From Mytilus trossulus (Eukaryota), in NCBI RefSeq assembly GCF_036588685.1, contig NC_086379.1, positions 31,310,001 through 31,374,000 on the forward strand: DNA of 64,000 bases. The letters are read 5' to 3'. The notes under the pieces are model-generated. The model was not told the origin of the DNA, did not search any database, and saw only the letters and a program-made list of their open reading frames with translations. Position 1 is the stretch's first letter; every line of letters starts with the position of its first letter. Position numbers and translations under genes: made by a program. Below, piece by piece: positions 29,701 to 44,700 of this stretch.

Positions 29701-32700
29701 TTATATTTTAAAATACCTTGATTACTGATAAGTTCTAGATGACCCAGATTATATTTTAAAATACCTTGATTACTGGTAAGTTCTAGATGACCCAGATTAT
29801 ATTTTAAAATACATTGATTACTGGTAAGTTCTAGATGACCCAGATTATATTTTAAAATACCTTGATTACTGGTAAGTTCTAGATGACCCAGATTATATTT
29901 TACAATACCTTGATTACTGATAAGTTCTAGATGACCCAGATTATATTTTACAATACCTTGATTACTGATAAGTTCTAGATGACCCAGATTACATTTTAAA
30001 ATACCTTGATTACTGGTAAGTTCTAGATGACCCAGATTATATTTTAAAATACCTTGATTACTGATAAGTTCTAGATGACCCAGATTATATTTTACAATAC
30101 CTTGATTACTGGTAAGTTCTAGATGACCCAGATTATATTTTAAAATACCTTGATTACTGGTAAGTTCTAGATGACCCAGATTTTATTTTAAAATACCTTG
30201 ATTACTGATAAGTTCTAGATGACCCAGATTATATTTTACAATACCTTGATTACTGGTAAGTTCTAGATGACCCAGATTATATTTTAAAATACCTTGATTA
30301 CTGGTAAGTTCTAGATGACCCAGATTATATTTTAAAATACCTTGATTACTGGTAAGTTCTAGATGACCCAGATTACATTTTACAATACCTTGATTACTGG
30401 TAAGTTCTAGATGACCAAGATTATATTTTACAATACCTTGATTACTGATAAGTTCTAGATGACCCAGATTATATTTTACAATACCTTGATTACTGGTAAG
30501 TTCTAGATGACCCAGATTATATTTTACAATACCTTGATTACTGATAAGTTCTAGATGACCCAGATTATATTTTACAATACCTTGATTACTGGTTAGTTCT
30601 AGATGACCCAGATTATATTTTACAATACCTTGATTACTGGTAAGTTCTAGATGACCCAGATTATATTTTAAAATACCTTGATTACTGGTAAGTTCTAGAT
30701 GACCCAGATTAGGTGCAGACAGGAGGTAGTAACGTAACAATCCAGGCTCAGAGTCTTCATCAGTAAATGACAGGACTTCTGTTGTTATTTTGATCTCTGC
30801 TCCTTCCAGGACAACCAGTTCTTTATTGGCTATAACCTTTGGAGGTATTCTGTCTTCTGTAAAAATAAGAACAAGCTAACGTCATTTCACTTGAATTGGT
30901 TCTTATATTATGATGTAGAAATAATGATAATGTGTAATGATAATTGTACAGCTTTGTACTGTTTCTGCTGAACTAACAGTAGATGATAGCTGGTTTGATA
31001 TATATTTCTGTCATATCTGGGTTTTTTCAACGCAATTTAGTTACGGTATAAGAAAAGAGCAGCATTATTTTTTTAAAGACCAAAACTGTAATTAATAGAG
31101 GATGAATCACTTCATTACTGTACACGTTTTTAAATAAAGAGAATTAGTAATCAAAAATGTACTTTAAAATATTTTTTTGTTAGAATGTATACATATGTTG
31201 GAGCCTCTGGCCTTTGTTAGTCTTGTATGATTTTAAATTTTAGTTTCTTGTGTATAATTCAGAGTTTAGTATGAGGTCCATTATCACTGTACTATTATGC
31301 ATATTTTTAGGGGCCAGCTGAAGGACACCTACGGGTGCGGGAATTCTCGCTACATTGAAGACCCATTGGTTGCCTTCGGCTGTTGTTTGCTCTATGGTCG
31401 GGTGATTATCACTTTGACATATTCACCATTTCCTTTCTCAATTTTATATGCAAAAACCTGCATGCACATTTAGTATTCATGTCTTTTGATAATCTTTTTC
31501 AGACATCATAAGGAGAATATGATATCCTAGAAAGTTGTGTATTTGATCAAGAAAGAATATTATGCTAATAAAATAATAGAACAAATATTTGTACATGTAC
31601 ATGTCCTTGCCTAGTCTAAATAATTGTGACGTCTTGAAAGGCTATTGTATTTTTTTTCTTTGAAGCCTTACATTAACACAGGAAGGCATCAAAGCAAAAA
31701 ATTGAGTACCAGATAACTGTTGCTCTTTCAGATGTTTTCTCTTTTAAAACACCTTCCTTATATAAAGCATTTTAGAAACATATTAGAAAATCATCTTGTC
31801 ACAAATTTACCTGTTACAGTTATGTAGAAAATCTGATCTATCAACTTGTTTCCTTCTGGATCTGATACATCAAATTTAAATGTCAAAACACCAGTTATCT
31901 CCCCATTAGGATGTTCAAATTCTAGATGACCTTGATCAACATCTAACTGAGTGAAACTCTTTATTGGTCCTCTTGTAAAAACAGGCACTTTTCTGTTTTG
32001 ATTTGAAATTAACAAACGTCCACCAGTTGGGTCACGGGTCAAAGTGTAGGTCAGTTTCTTATCATCAGAGTCAATGTCTGTTGCTTTCAGATCTTGCGAC
32101 TTTATTGGAATTGTTGATCCTTAATAACACCAAAAAACATTGTCAAACTTCTATGTTTTATGGAAAGTGGTGGATTGTAGTAAATTAAGTTTGTTATTAA
32201 CTATAGCCATGTTATATACTATAAATTCAGAAATTATTAAAAGGAATATTGCAACCTGGTGAGTCAGGCAATACTAACTCATATTATGATTTCAGATAAA
32301 TATATCTGTATGAAATATCTCTGGAAATCGATATACATTTGTAGTATAAATCTCTCAATTTTGTTCAATCTTCACAAATTGTGATAATAAATGGCTGCAC
32401 TAATTAATGAATTGACAGTATACTATCTAACAATTTTGATGTAAATAACCTTATGTAAAGGAGATAACCCTACACTCAAAACAGAAGGGTATTTGATAGC
32501 ACTTTCTGAAAGGCTTTGTCACTAGACCGTATTCTAAAACTTCAGCTTGGTACATTTCAATACATAGGGTGAACAAGAAGGTAAGTGATCAATATCTCTA
32601 AATGTAGTGTTTCAAAGCTGTTGATACATGTTTAAATGCATGCTTTCTTTACATTTCACAAAAACAAATGGCAATATGATTTTCAAATAAATATCTTTTA

Positions 32701-35700
32701 TAGAGCTGAAGCAATTTGGTACCACCCTCAGAGTGTATCTGTTTAGCATATGACCTCTAAAATACTGATATTCAAATCAAGTTGTTAGGTTGATGTCTCT
32801 GTGCCGTTTGACTAACATCTACTTGCACCTGTATGAAACATACCTGCTTTTAACATTAATCCTCTGTTAATTGCAAGTCTTGGTGTTTCATCATCTACTA
32901 GACCAATGACTATTTCTAATGCACTTGTATCAGTAAAGTCTCCATCAGACACTTGAATTGTTAACCTATCTCCATATGTAGCTCTACCATTGTGCTGGTA
33001 TACTATCAAATCATCTAAAATCTCCTGAAAATAGCCAAGCAAAAAATATGAAAAAATTTGAACATTTAACTTTTTTTCACAAATTCTTGACTTTTGTCAC
33101 TTGAGACATAATAGACAAATACTTGATAAATATTTTGAAAGACTGAATCTTTATGAAATTTTGTCATTGGTCATAAAGAAACATCAATCAATCAATCAAT
33201 AAATGATATCCATGGTCTGTGCTATTTAAAAAATTGGTTGATGGAGTTCAGGCCCTCACCAGTAGGAGATATGGAATGCTTGGAAGGCCTGAAATATTCT
33301 AATAAGTATATCTGCGGCTTTTTTTACAGAAAATATTAAGATCAACAGTGATCATCAATTATGCAGAAATACTAATAGTTTTTTCTTTATGTAAGATTTT
33401 TATTACAACAGTTGAGTTACAGACCTGAAGAACAAAGGAACATAAAGGTACCTGATATGTGAATGTTCCTGCTTGTTGTATTGGTCTGATTCTACTGAGT
33501 GGTTCACTGATATGATCTCTTCTACCCAAGGTTCCTATACAATAGATTAGTATGTACCGAGCATGTCTCATATAGATATTTTACAAATATAAAACTCTAT
33601 TTTAGTTCTGTTGATTTCATAAAATAACTTATATTCTAATGTACTAATGCTTCATACTATGAAATAACAGTATCACGGCAAAATTGTAATTAATTTTGTA
33701 ATGGCAATAATAATGTTATTTACTCAAATGTTTACCAGCTGTAATACCTTATTTTTGGTAGTCTTTGGTTTGACCAAAGCAGTTATTTAGTCTAGAACTT
33801 TCTACACCCTAGGGGAGCACACTATGGCAAAACCTGAGAAGAATTATCTTTTTCAAGATGTCTCTTTCTTAAACTATCATTGTTACATATATGAAGTTAT
33901 AAGTCTAGATGTATGATATTTTGTATTAGTTGTTAGTGGCTATGAACTAGCTGTCAGATAACAGTGAGTACTCTCAGATCTGTTCCTAGTGTCTTTTTGT
34001 TGTTGGGATGTGCAAGTACCCGGCCACTTCCACAAGTATTTTTGTCCATCTGATGAGTTAAGCCTTTTTCAACTGATTTTTATAGTTCATTCTTATGTTG
34101 TACTGTTATACCACTGTCCCAGCTTAGCGGGGGATGGTTGGGATCTCACTAACATGTTTAACCCCGCCACATTATTTATGTTTGTGCCTGTTTCAAGTCA
34201 GGAGCCTGTAATTCAGTGGTTGTCGTTTGTTACATATTTGTTTTTTGTTCATTTTAATATATAAATAAGGTCGTTAGTTTTCTCGTTTTTTATTGTTTTA
34301 CATTGTCATATCGGGGCCTTTTATAGCTGACTATGCAGTATGAGCTTTGCTCATTGTTGAAGGTCATACAGTGACATATAGTTGTTAATGTCTGAGTCAT
34401 TTTGATCTCTTGTTGACAGTTGTCTTATTGGCAATCATACCACATCTTCTTTTTTATATATACATTTGTACTTACCATGTTGAGGAGAAACTTTCACTGT
34501 CAATAACAGCTGATCAGGGTGAGTGTCTATATCTATCACATATAACGATGAATTAGTGACAATAACAGCCTGGTGTTCCTGTACAAACAACTGTTCTGTC
34601 ACCAGTAATGGTTCCTCATCATTGAGTAACTGTAAATACATCAATAATTTATGATGTACTTACAGAGATGAAAAAAATCACAAAAATACAGCACTCTTCA
34701 TTTGAGGAAGTGTTGGTCCCAGTGGTTGGTCCATAGATTCAAGAAAATATGGCTACAGAAGTTTAACCTAACTTGATGCATCAAATTATGAAAGGTTTTA
34801 CTTTCTTTAAAATTGTAATTGACAAATTCCATCAAATCTAATATCTGTCATAATTTTGGTTCAAAACTTTTGCACATTCACAATTTCCATTTTTCAATAT
34901 CAAATTCAAAAAGTAACAATTCTTGTATTTTTTTAATTTTGCAAATAGTTTTATTTTCCATTTGACAGTAAACATAAAAGATAAAGCCTAATAGTATAAT
35001 TTTTTTGAATGTACATAAAACAAAAGTATTATCAGAATTTTTGCAAAACTGTTTAACCGACTGAATAGTAGTTAGCCTTTAAACATGCAGCATCTTTTGA
35101 TATTTACATATTCAAATGCTATTGATTAAACACTTTTTATTTATACAATTAATTCATAAATATTCTTTTCCGGGAAAAGGACTTCACAGTTTTAAAAAAG
35201 GTTCAATATTCCTGTAACTTGTCTTTTTGAACAAAATATGAGAATCCCAAAACAGTGAAACCTACCACAATACGGACTCCAAATCTTTGCATGGGTGATT
35301 TGTTTACACCATCAGTAACATGGAATAAGAAACTGTCAGTGACTGGTTCCTTGTTCTTGTGATCTGACTGAATGTAGTGGATAAAACCATCCAGTAGATC
35401 CTGAACAAAGAATTGGGTAATAGGTACTCCCACAGTCTTCTCTGATCCTCCCACATCTACAAATAAAACATAAATCTTGAAGAGGCTGATCATAAATACA
35501 TATTATGTTCCACTTCACTTAGATGAGATTACAAGTAAGTTAGTTTATATTTAAATTTTCACATTGTATAAAACGATGCTTTTTATTTTTATTTGAAATC
35601 TTCCATAACTCTGTATACATGTATTACAATTAAAATATAAGATCGTCCCTCTCCATATTATATCTTGCCTAATTTACATATCTTCTAAACAAAATGTTTA

Positions 35701-38700
35701 AACTGTGACAAATGTTACCAAACCTGGAACATTTCAATCAATAAAATTGAGAATGGAAATGGGGAATGTGTCAAAGAGACAACAACTCGACCAAATACAA
35801 AAACAACAGCAGAAGGTCACCAACAGGTCTTCAATGTAGCGAGAAATTCCCGCACCTGGAGGCGTCCTTCAGCTGGACCCTAAACAAATATATACTAGTT
35901 CAGTGATAATGAACGCCATACTAATTTCCTAATTGTACACAAGAAACTAAAATTAAAATAATACAAGACTAACAAAGGCCAGAGGCTCCTGACTTGGGAC
36001 AGGCGCAAAAATGCGGCGGGGTTAAACATGTTTATGAGATGTCAACCCTCCCCCTATACCTCTAACCAATGTAGAAAAGTAAACGCATAACAATACGCAC
36101 ATTAAAATTCAGTTCAAGAGAAGTCCGAGTCTGATGTCAGAAGATGTAACCAAAGAAAATAAACAAAATGACAATAATACATAAATAACAACATACTACT
36201 AGCAGTTAACTGACATGCCAGCTCCAGACTTCAATTAAACTGACTTAAAGATTATGATTTCATCATATGAACATCAGGCACAATCCTTCCCGTTAGGGGT
36301 TTAGTATCATACCAGTCTAGAATGTAATGAAGTGGCAGTGAAGGTTGAGTATTGGCATTTGTCTGCAGTTAATCAAAAGATATTACCAATTGTTTTGCAT
36401 GAAATCAATTATGTTTAAGCTTTTGTAATAGCTGCTTTAAAAAATAACAGATATTATAACAGAAACTGCTCCTGCGGAATTTAGGTTTTTTTTAACAAGC
36501 TAAAAACAATACTATTTCATGTGTTCTACCTGGTTTATATGAGAGAATATTTCCAAACTTTGGACTGGATTCTATCTGGACCAGTAAATCTGTCACCGCT
36601 GTGTCTTGGTCTGTCACTTTGACGTTGTCTGTTGTCAACAGAACTTCACCACCCTCATCAATCTGGAATCAATATATTATATTTTATTGCAAAGATATAA
36701 TAAAGTTACTGAAATTCAGAATATTATTTCAGGAATGACTGTAATATTTTTTCTGTCTATGAAGAAATAACATAAAAAATGTGGTGCACACTGAATAATG
36801 TGCATAGCGTGTTTTTTAACAATGTGCACCACATTTTTAATGTTATTTCGAAATAGACTGACAAAATATTACAGTTATTTCTTATAATTTAATTCTAACT
36901 TTCCATTTTAAATAGGTGTAAATCATGAAAAAAACGTTGATGACATAAGGGTCACATGACAAAATTGTGTTTATGTCATAGTATGATATGATAAACAAAA
37001 CCATGTCAGCCAATCAAAAGACATGTAACATCCAAAATTAAATTATTACTTTATGGATGTAAAAAAATAATATGAATATAGTCTGAGCAAGTTGAAATCA
37101 CTGAAGAAGTGAATATATATAAATAAAATTGAGAATGGAAATGGGGAATGTATCAAAGAAATGTCTATATCTTACTGGTGACCTGTTGTTTGTTATGCAG
37201 TCAGATGAGATTTGATCTGGTATATGTTATGTCTAAAATGTTAGATCAAGACAACTGCTAGTTTTCTATAATCTGCAGGTTTTTTTAATAACAGAATTTG
37301 ATAGTGTATCATGTCAGGTATATCTATGATAATTACAACTGATGCCCAATCTACGATAAAGGGAGGAATCAGGAAATGTCAATACCTCTGACTCATTTCA
37401 CAAAAAGTCATAACATTTCAGTATAATTTAAGATCATTTATATTATAAGATTTTTGTGTAAAGAGCTCAGACTTATGGAACTGAAGGCTTCTAAAAATCT
37501 TATTGTTTTTTTTGGTATAGATCAAGGCTTCCAAAACGGTCATATATTCCAGACAATTATTGTATAATGTCCAGTAAACGTCCGGCTGGGCAAAGCATGA
37601 AATGGTCATCTACTTTTTAGTTTTCATGGCTTTCCCAAGAGATGGTCATTTTAAACATAATTTGCGATCTTTTTGACTCAACCTTGACATGATGATTAAT
37701 TACTATCAAAACAACCCCTACTTCAATACTTTCTAATTCTAATCAAGGCTAATAAGTTGTTGGACAGCTGAAATCTACCTGTTCAGGTGGGACAACATCC
37801 CTAATGCGCCTTGAAATGAGGAACTCAAAAGTCACGTGTAAAGAAAAAATCTCTGTGTAGTGATATTGGACATGTTTCTATTTTTAACAAATGACTGAAC
37901 TTAATTATTTGTGGTGATTAGGAAAGTAGAGGAACATAGAATAAATGTGTAAAAACTATGGAGCTATTGAATGTGTTCAAAGTATTAAATTTTCATAGAA
38001 CTTATTGTGTTAAAAAGGGGATATTTTACCACAAGGAGCCGCATCACAAAAGGATGTTCGGGGTTTGCTAATTTACGGAAAAAGTCATCTCACTTCGTAC
38101 CCCGAAAATTTAACCACATATGTGAAAATGTCACAGCTTCGAAACGAGCTATCATACATTTCCAAGTTAACAATATGGACTGAGCTACAGGAAAAAACGT
38201 TACCATTATCGCCTATGGAAAAACAATTACAGATATTGAGCCAGGTGACAGGTAAACTATTTTCAGTACCGGACATCTTATAAATTAATAGGTCTATTCA
38301 AAGTTATTTTCTTACATTTCAGCAGTTTGTATCTAATTGATTTAGTCCAAAAGATTAAAATCATAAGAAATATGTTTATAAACATGATTTGATGAAAAAT
38401 TTAAAAAGGTTTTAATTGAAATATCCTCCGAACTACGTTGTATGAACTAAAACATGTGTGCGCATGTGTCCAGGTGGGAAATTTAATTATGCATCCTACA
38501 TTTCTTCAAAAATGCTAAAATTATCATTGATACCTGTATCTAACATTCATTTTAATTATTTTGTTGAAGAAATAACGTGGAAAGAGCTTCTTCACTCAGT
38601 CATGCTTTGTAAACAACACAGATATTTTATGTACCTGTTTTTGGTTTATGTTTAACCATTGTCAAGTCAACATCCGGTATTAGGAAAGTGATTTTAAAAA

Positions 38701-41700
38701 CGAAAGTAAAGTTTTTGACGTCATTTTGCACAAATAAAGAGTCTAAGGCAGATATGTGCTCACTGATGTGCACACTTCGAATGATGCACTGCCAATTTAA
38801 CAGTTTACGTCAGAACATCAAATTCATATCAAAGTAATGTTTTAAATCACCTTTTTTTTAATCTAATGGCAATCATTGGGATGGCCATCTGATTTTCATA
38901 ATTGCCTTTTGTGACTTAATCTTAAGGGATTAAAATCGGGATCAGATATAAAATGTCCGGCTGGCTCAAATATTATTTGGAAGCCCTGGTATAGAGATAA
39001 GATATTTGAAATACCTAAATTGTAGGATCAACAGTAAAAAATAGTGCCCAGTTGTCTGCTGGTTCTATGGTTACAGATAAAACTTGATTTGTTAAGATTT
39101 TAAACATACCTAAATTGTAGGACCAACAGTAACTACTGGTGCCCTGTTGTCTGCTGGTTCTATGGTTACAGATAAAACTTGATTTGTAAAGATTTTAAAC
39201 ATACCTTAATTGTAGGACCAACAGTAACTACTGGTGCCCTGTTGTCCACTGGTTCTATAGTTACAGATAGAACCTGATTGGGTAGGATGTTACCACTGCT
39301 GTCTGTCACATTAAATGAGAGAATATCTGAGACTGGTTCACTTCCTATCTCTTTGTCAGCCATGTATCTGTAAACAATACAAATATTTTGCTTAATATAA
39401 ACTAGAGGCTCTAAAGAGCCTGTGTCGCTCACCTTGGTCTATGTGAATATTAAACAAAGGACACAGATGGATTCATGACAACTTTGTGTTTTGGTGATGG
39501 GAATGTGTTTGTACATCTTACTTTACTGTACATTCTTGCGGCTAACAATTATCTCTATCTATAATGAACTTGGCACAGTAGTTTTAGTGGAAAATGTTAG
39601 TAAAAATTTACAAATTTTATGAAGATTGTTAAAAGTTGACTATAAAGGACAATAACTCCTTAGGGGGTCAATTGACCATTTTGGTCATGCTGACTAATTT
39701 TAAGGTATCACTTTGCTGTACATTATTTCTGTTTACAGTTTATCTCTATCTATAATAGTATTCAAAATAATAACCCAAAACGGCAAAATTTCCAATTCAG
39801 GGGCAGCAACCTAACAACAGAATATCCAATCCATCTGAAAACTGCATTTTACACCTTTGTTCTATTTTTAGCCGTGGCAGCCATCTTGGTTGGATTGCAG
39901 GATCATCGAACACATTTTCAAACTAGATACCCCAAAGATGATTGTGGCCAAGTTTGAATTTATTTGGCCCAGTAGTTTCAGAGGAGAAGATTTTGGTAAA
40001 AGATTACTAAGATTTACGAAAAATGGTTAAAAATTGACTAAAAAGGGCAATTACTCCTAAAGGGGTCAACTGACCATTTTGGTCATGTTGCCTTATTTGT
40101 AAATCTTGCTTTGCTAAACATTAGTGCTGTTAACAGTTTATCTCTATCTATTATAATATTCAAGATAATAACCAAAAACAGCAAAATTTCCTAAAAATTA
40201 CCAAATCAGGGGCAGCAACCCAACAATGGATTGTCCGATTCATCTGAAAATTTCAGGTCAGATAGATCTTGACCTGATAAAAATTTTTATTTAGACAGAT
40301 TTGCTGTAAATGCTTTGGTTTTTGAGTTATAAGCCAAGAGCTGCATTTTACCCCTATATTCTATTTTTAGCCATGGCGGCCATCTTGGATGGTTGGCCGG
40401 GTCACCGGACACATTTTTTAAACTAGATACCCCAATGATGATTGTAGCCAAGTTTGGTTTAATTTGGCCCAGTAGTTTCAGAGGAGAAGATTTTTGTAAA
40501 AACGACAGACGACGAAGACGGACGCTGCCGGACGCCGGACGCCAAGTGATGAGAAAAGCTCACTTGGCCCTTTGGGCCAGGTGAGCTAAAAAGAATATTT
40601 GGTATGATTGCCAATGAGACAACTCTCCATAAGAGACCAAATGACACAAAAATTAACAACTATACAAACTAGAAATGAAATACTTTGTATTAACTATTAT
40701 TTACATCCAAGTACAAAAAAGAATGTAATAGTGCTTTTGTTGCTATCCTTCATGGTTATGTTACTAAAGATCTCCAAGCTATCCATGTCAACGAAATCTT
40801 CAGATATTTAGCAATAGATGCTTCATGTGTTTTGAACATACAGTTGTTCAAAAGTAATCTAGGACTAACAAAAAACACATAGCAAAACCTTTTTGTTTTT
40901 TAGTTGCCCAACAAGAGATACAAATATTCCATTCATCATAGATCACTCACTTAAATGAGAAGTACTCTTTATGCATGTTTGAACATATTATATATTAAGG
41001 CAGATCTTTAATTTTTCTGACAAAAACCAAAATAAATCCCTCGTGTGAAGAGCTGACCATATGAACATTTACAGGTATTAACCAATACACACCTTATAAA
41101 GTTCTTATTTGTGTAAACAGCTGACCATATAAACATTTACAGATATTAACCAATACCTACCTTATAAAGTTGTTATTTATGTCATCTTGAGTTATAATGT
41201 TTCCTTCCATCACAACATTCAATTCTTTATAGACCAGCTGTCCATGTACTGGATTAGCCAATAATGTAATCCTCAAATGGTCATCAGAATCATCATCATC
41301 CATAAAACCAAAATCATTACGACTAATAAGGATTGTCTCCCCTGAAAAATATTTCACTATGATTAACTAATGGTCTTTTCTTGCTGAAATTAATTCAATT
41401 AATAACAAATAAATCGCAGGCTTGGAAAAATGTTAAAGCTGAAAAAATCCCATAAAAGAACATGTGTTTTCAATTCTGAATATATATCTTTACAAACAAT
41501 TTTATTTCTGATTTTTTTTTTTTTAATTTAAAAAGATTTCTACTGAATATCCAGTTAATCATTTTGTTAAATATTATTTTCATCCTACTGCATATTAACT
41601 ACAAATATAACTGCATTTTGCTTCTTTGAATTTTATAAACCAGTTATAAAACTGTATTAAACCCACCTTCTCTGACATGAATCCTACAGACAGCAGTTGG

Positions 41701-44700
41701 TAGAAGTATCGGTGCTGACTTATCTACATGTAGCACTGTGATGTTGATGGACATCCTGGTCTCATGTTTCCCATCACTGGCGGACAACACAATCCTGTCA
41801 TAGAGTATATCACTATCCCTGCTGTCACTATACTGAAACACACCTTCCAGGAACTCTTTGTAGTTAAAGCTTTCTCCTAAAATAGGAAACATCATTCAGT
41901 AAAATAGAATCTTCATTTGTAGATTCTATAAAAAGAGATATGTGGTATATTTGAACATGAAATATTCCATAGACAAAAATGAAAAAGTTTTGAACAAGTA
42001 CATTTCATTGTCAACCTTAAAAATTGAAGAAAAACTGACCAAATAGTAAGCTGTTAAGGCCCATTTAAGCAAAAGAATTCTGGTACAAAGCAGTAATATC
42101 ACATTTATTCATAAGTATACAGGGTTATTCCCAGACTTGCCTTTATGTTGCAATAACTGCATATTCGTTCAATGTCTTTGAAATAAAATAATACTTTTAA
42201 TGAAAAGAAGTGCTATACGCTATAGTTTTAAAAAGTGATTGTGATGATTAACTTAGGTTGAATGCTTTGGTGCATTCTTTGTTAAAGGGAAGAAGACAGG
42301 TGTATTTGCATACCTTTTCTCAAGATGATTTTTGAATTCTTAAAAACTTTCTCAAAACTACCCCTCTTTGGAGCCTCATCTAAAGTCAACACTAAATCTG
42401 CAGTAGATGTATCTGGGTCAGACAAAATAACTGTAGACCTGTCTACTGGAAATTTCCCTCCCTGTGCTACTGTGACATCAGCAGACGGATGTAAAAAAGA
42501 TGGAGGCAGATTGTTTACTGGTAAGATACGGATGTTGAATTTATATTCCATCAAATCTTTGTGAACTCTGCCATCAGATACTGAAAAATAATCTTGAATA
42601 ATATACAAATCTTCCTTCTTACAAACAATGTTAAAATGGATTTAAATGACAACAAAAGTATATCTTCAAATAGATCACTTAAATCTAGAATACATGTGTT
42701 GCATGACAAGAACAACAGCTGAACAGTACAACCGATGAATAAGCTGTTTGGAATATTGCTATACATTTAAGGGTTAAAATCTTTGATGCAGTTTTTATTT
42801 TAGAATTTCCACAATCTATAATGAAATTTATCATATTTTCAAGTATATGAGTGGTCAACCTTCATGGCAAGTTTGTTAAACATACATCCTCTTGTAATTT
42901 TTATGTGACTAATTTTTTCTGTATTTACTTTTAAACTATTACTTTTAGATACTGGGAACCCCAAAAATAAAAAGTAAATCAATTTAAGAGACAAGCTATA
43001 ACATATGAACCCAAAGATAAGTTTGTTCTCCTTGTTAAACATTAAAATTCATTACCGGTACTTCATACTAATTTTCACAAATGAATTGTACATTAATTTG
43101 GAAACAAGCTCGTTTTTCCCATACCTGTAAATTTAAAGAACACTTCTCTTTCCTCCTTGCCAACGTCTGACTTTGGCGGATGATAAATAATCTTGTTATG
43201 CATCAGATCAGCCTGTGTAAACTGGGAAAAGGGTTGTAGAGGAAAGTTTTTATTCTCCAGAGTTCCTTCCCCTTGTTTCAGAGGCACTGTTATTGTGTAA
43301 ATTATTTCTCCATTATGTGTATCTGGGTCATGGAAAAACAGGTCAGAGATGGTAACTGGAACAACTTGATCTTCAAATACCTAAACATGAAACAAACATT
43401 AAAATATTGTAAATCGCATAATGTAATAGTTATGTCCCTTTTAGGTTGCAATCTATCTTCAGAACTGTATGTAAAAAGTTTAAGCCTCCATTTCTTCATA
43501 ACAAATAAAGATTTTAATATTTTTCAGTAAATTGCGACTTATTTCGATAGGTTAGTACTCTTGTCAACAAAGTGACAAATTTAAAATTGAGAATAGAAGT
43601 GGGGAATCACCTTCCTTTAAATCCATGTTAAAATTGTTTGCAAGAAGGAAGAATCGTATATAACTTATATTTTTTTTCCAGTATCTGATGGCAGTCCACA
43701 AAGATGTAACAGAATATAAATTAATTGGTTTAGTTAAAGTCAGGCTGGTTTTGATGGAGTTTCAAATATAATACATGCTCTGATGATATACCTACCGACA
43801 TCCCAAGTCTGACACCAGGGGCTATAGTTGGTATAGCCTCATCTAATGGAGGTTCCATTATTTTTATATGCATAGTCTGCTCTTTTAAAACATTTGGTGG
43901 ATCAAATGAGTCTCTAACCTAAAATAGACAAAAAATAATCTTAAAAAAACAGAATTAAGGGAAGCAAACACTACTAAGCAGAACAATTCAAGTGAGTGGT
44001 ATTTAGTTTAGTTAGTACAACCATTACCAAGCTGGATAAAAAAAAGTTACAAATTGTAATGTCTGCTCTTTGATGATAAAAAGCCTTTGGTAAAGAGATC
44101 CCTACATGCATTAATGATATCCAAGCTAAAGATGTTTGGTAAAGAGATCCCTACATGCATTAATGATATCCAAGCTAAAGATGTTTGGTAAAGAGATCCC
44201 TACATGCATTAATGATATCCAAGCTAAAGATGTTTGGTAAAGAACTCCCTACATGCATCTTTTGTTTTGTATAGAATGGTCACAGGAAGATTGAAATTAA
44301 ACTTCAGACAGCTCTAATGCTGTAAGATGCTGTTGTTGACAAAAAATTGATACTTGAAACAGGAAGTTAATAAGAGATGAATGGAGATAAATGGAAAAAT
44401 ATTTGCACTGTATAGCATGCTCTGATAAAGATCCATACCTTATTTTAGGGTGAAATAATTTGGAGAAATGAGACCATGCAGTCGTTACTGTTAATATATA
44501 TGATTTTAGTTTTTGAGATACTAATTCTTATGTCAATTAAAAACTAGTACATAACTTAATGACTATAGTACCTCAAAAGTAACAACATCTGATGTGGACT
44601 TTGAGCCTGTATTTTGATACCATATTCTGCCCTCGTTTATATCTCTCTGCAAAAACTGAAACATTTTAGCGGCCATTTTCCCACTTCCCATTTCTTTCCA

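Noticed and set aside
28968-30710. Regular repeat array resembling CRISPR
   Set aside because: Head-to-tail units with no unique spacers, eukaryotic intron context, no cas genes; the unit derives from the adjacent exon.
30183-30740. 185-aa repetitive ORF as a standalone gene
   Set aside because: It is read-through from a FRAS1 exon into the minisatellite and starts at a non-ATG codon inside the exon.
37784-38479. 9-bp direct repeat caggtggga as the TSD of a nested insertion in the hAT element
   Set aside because: The enclosed sequence has no terminal inverted repeats or other terminal signature.
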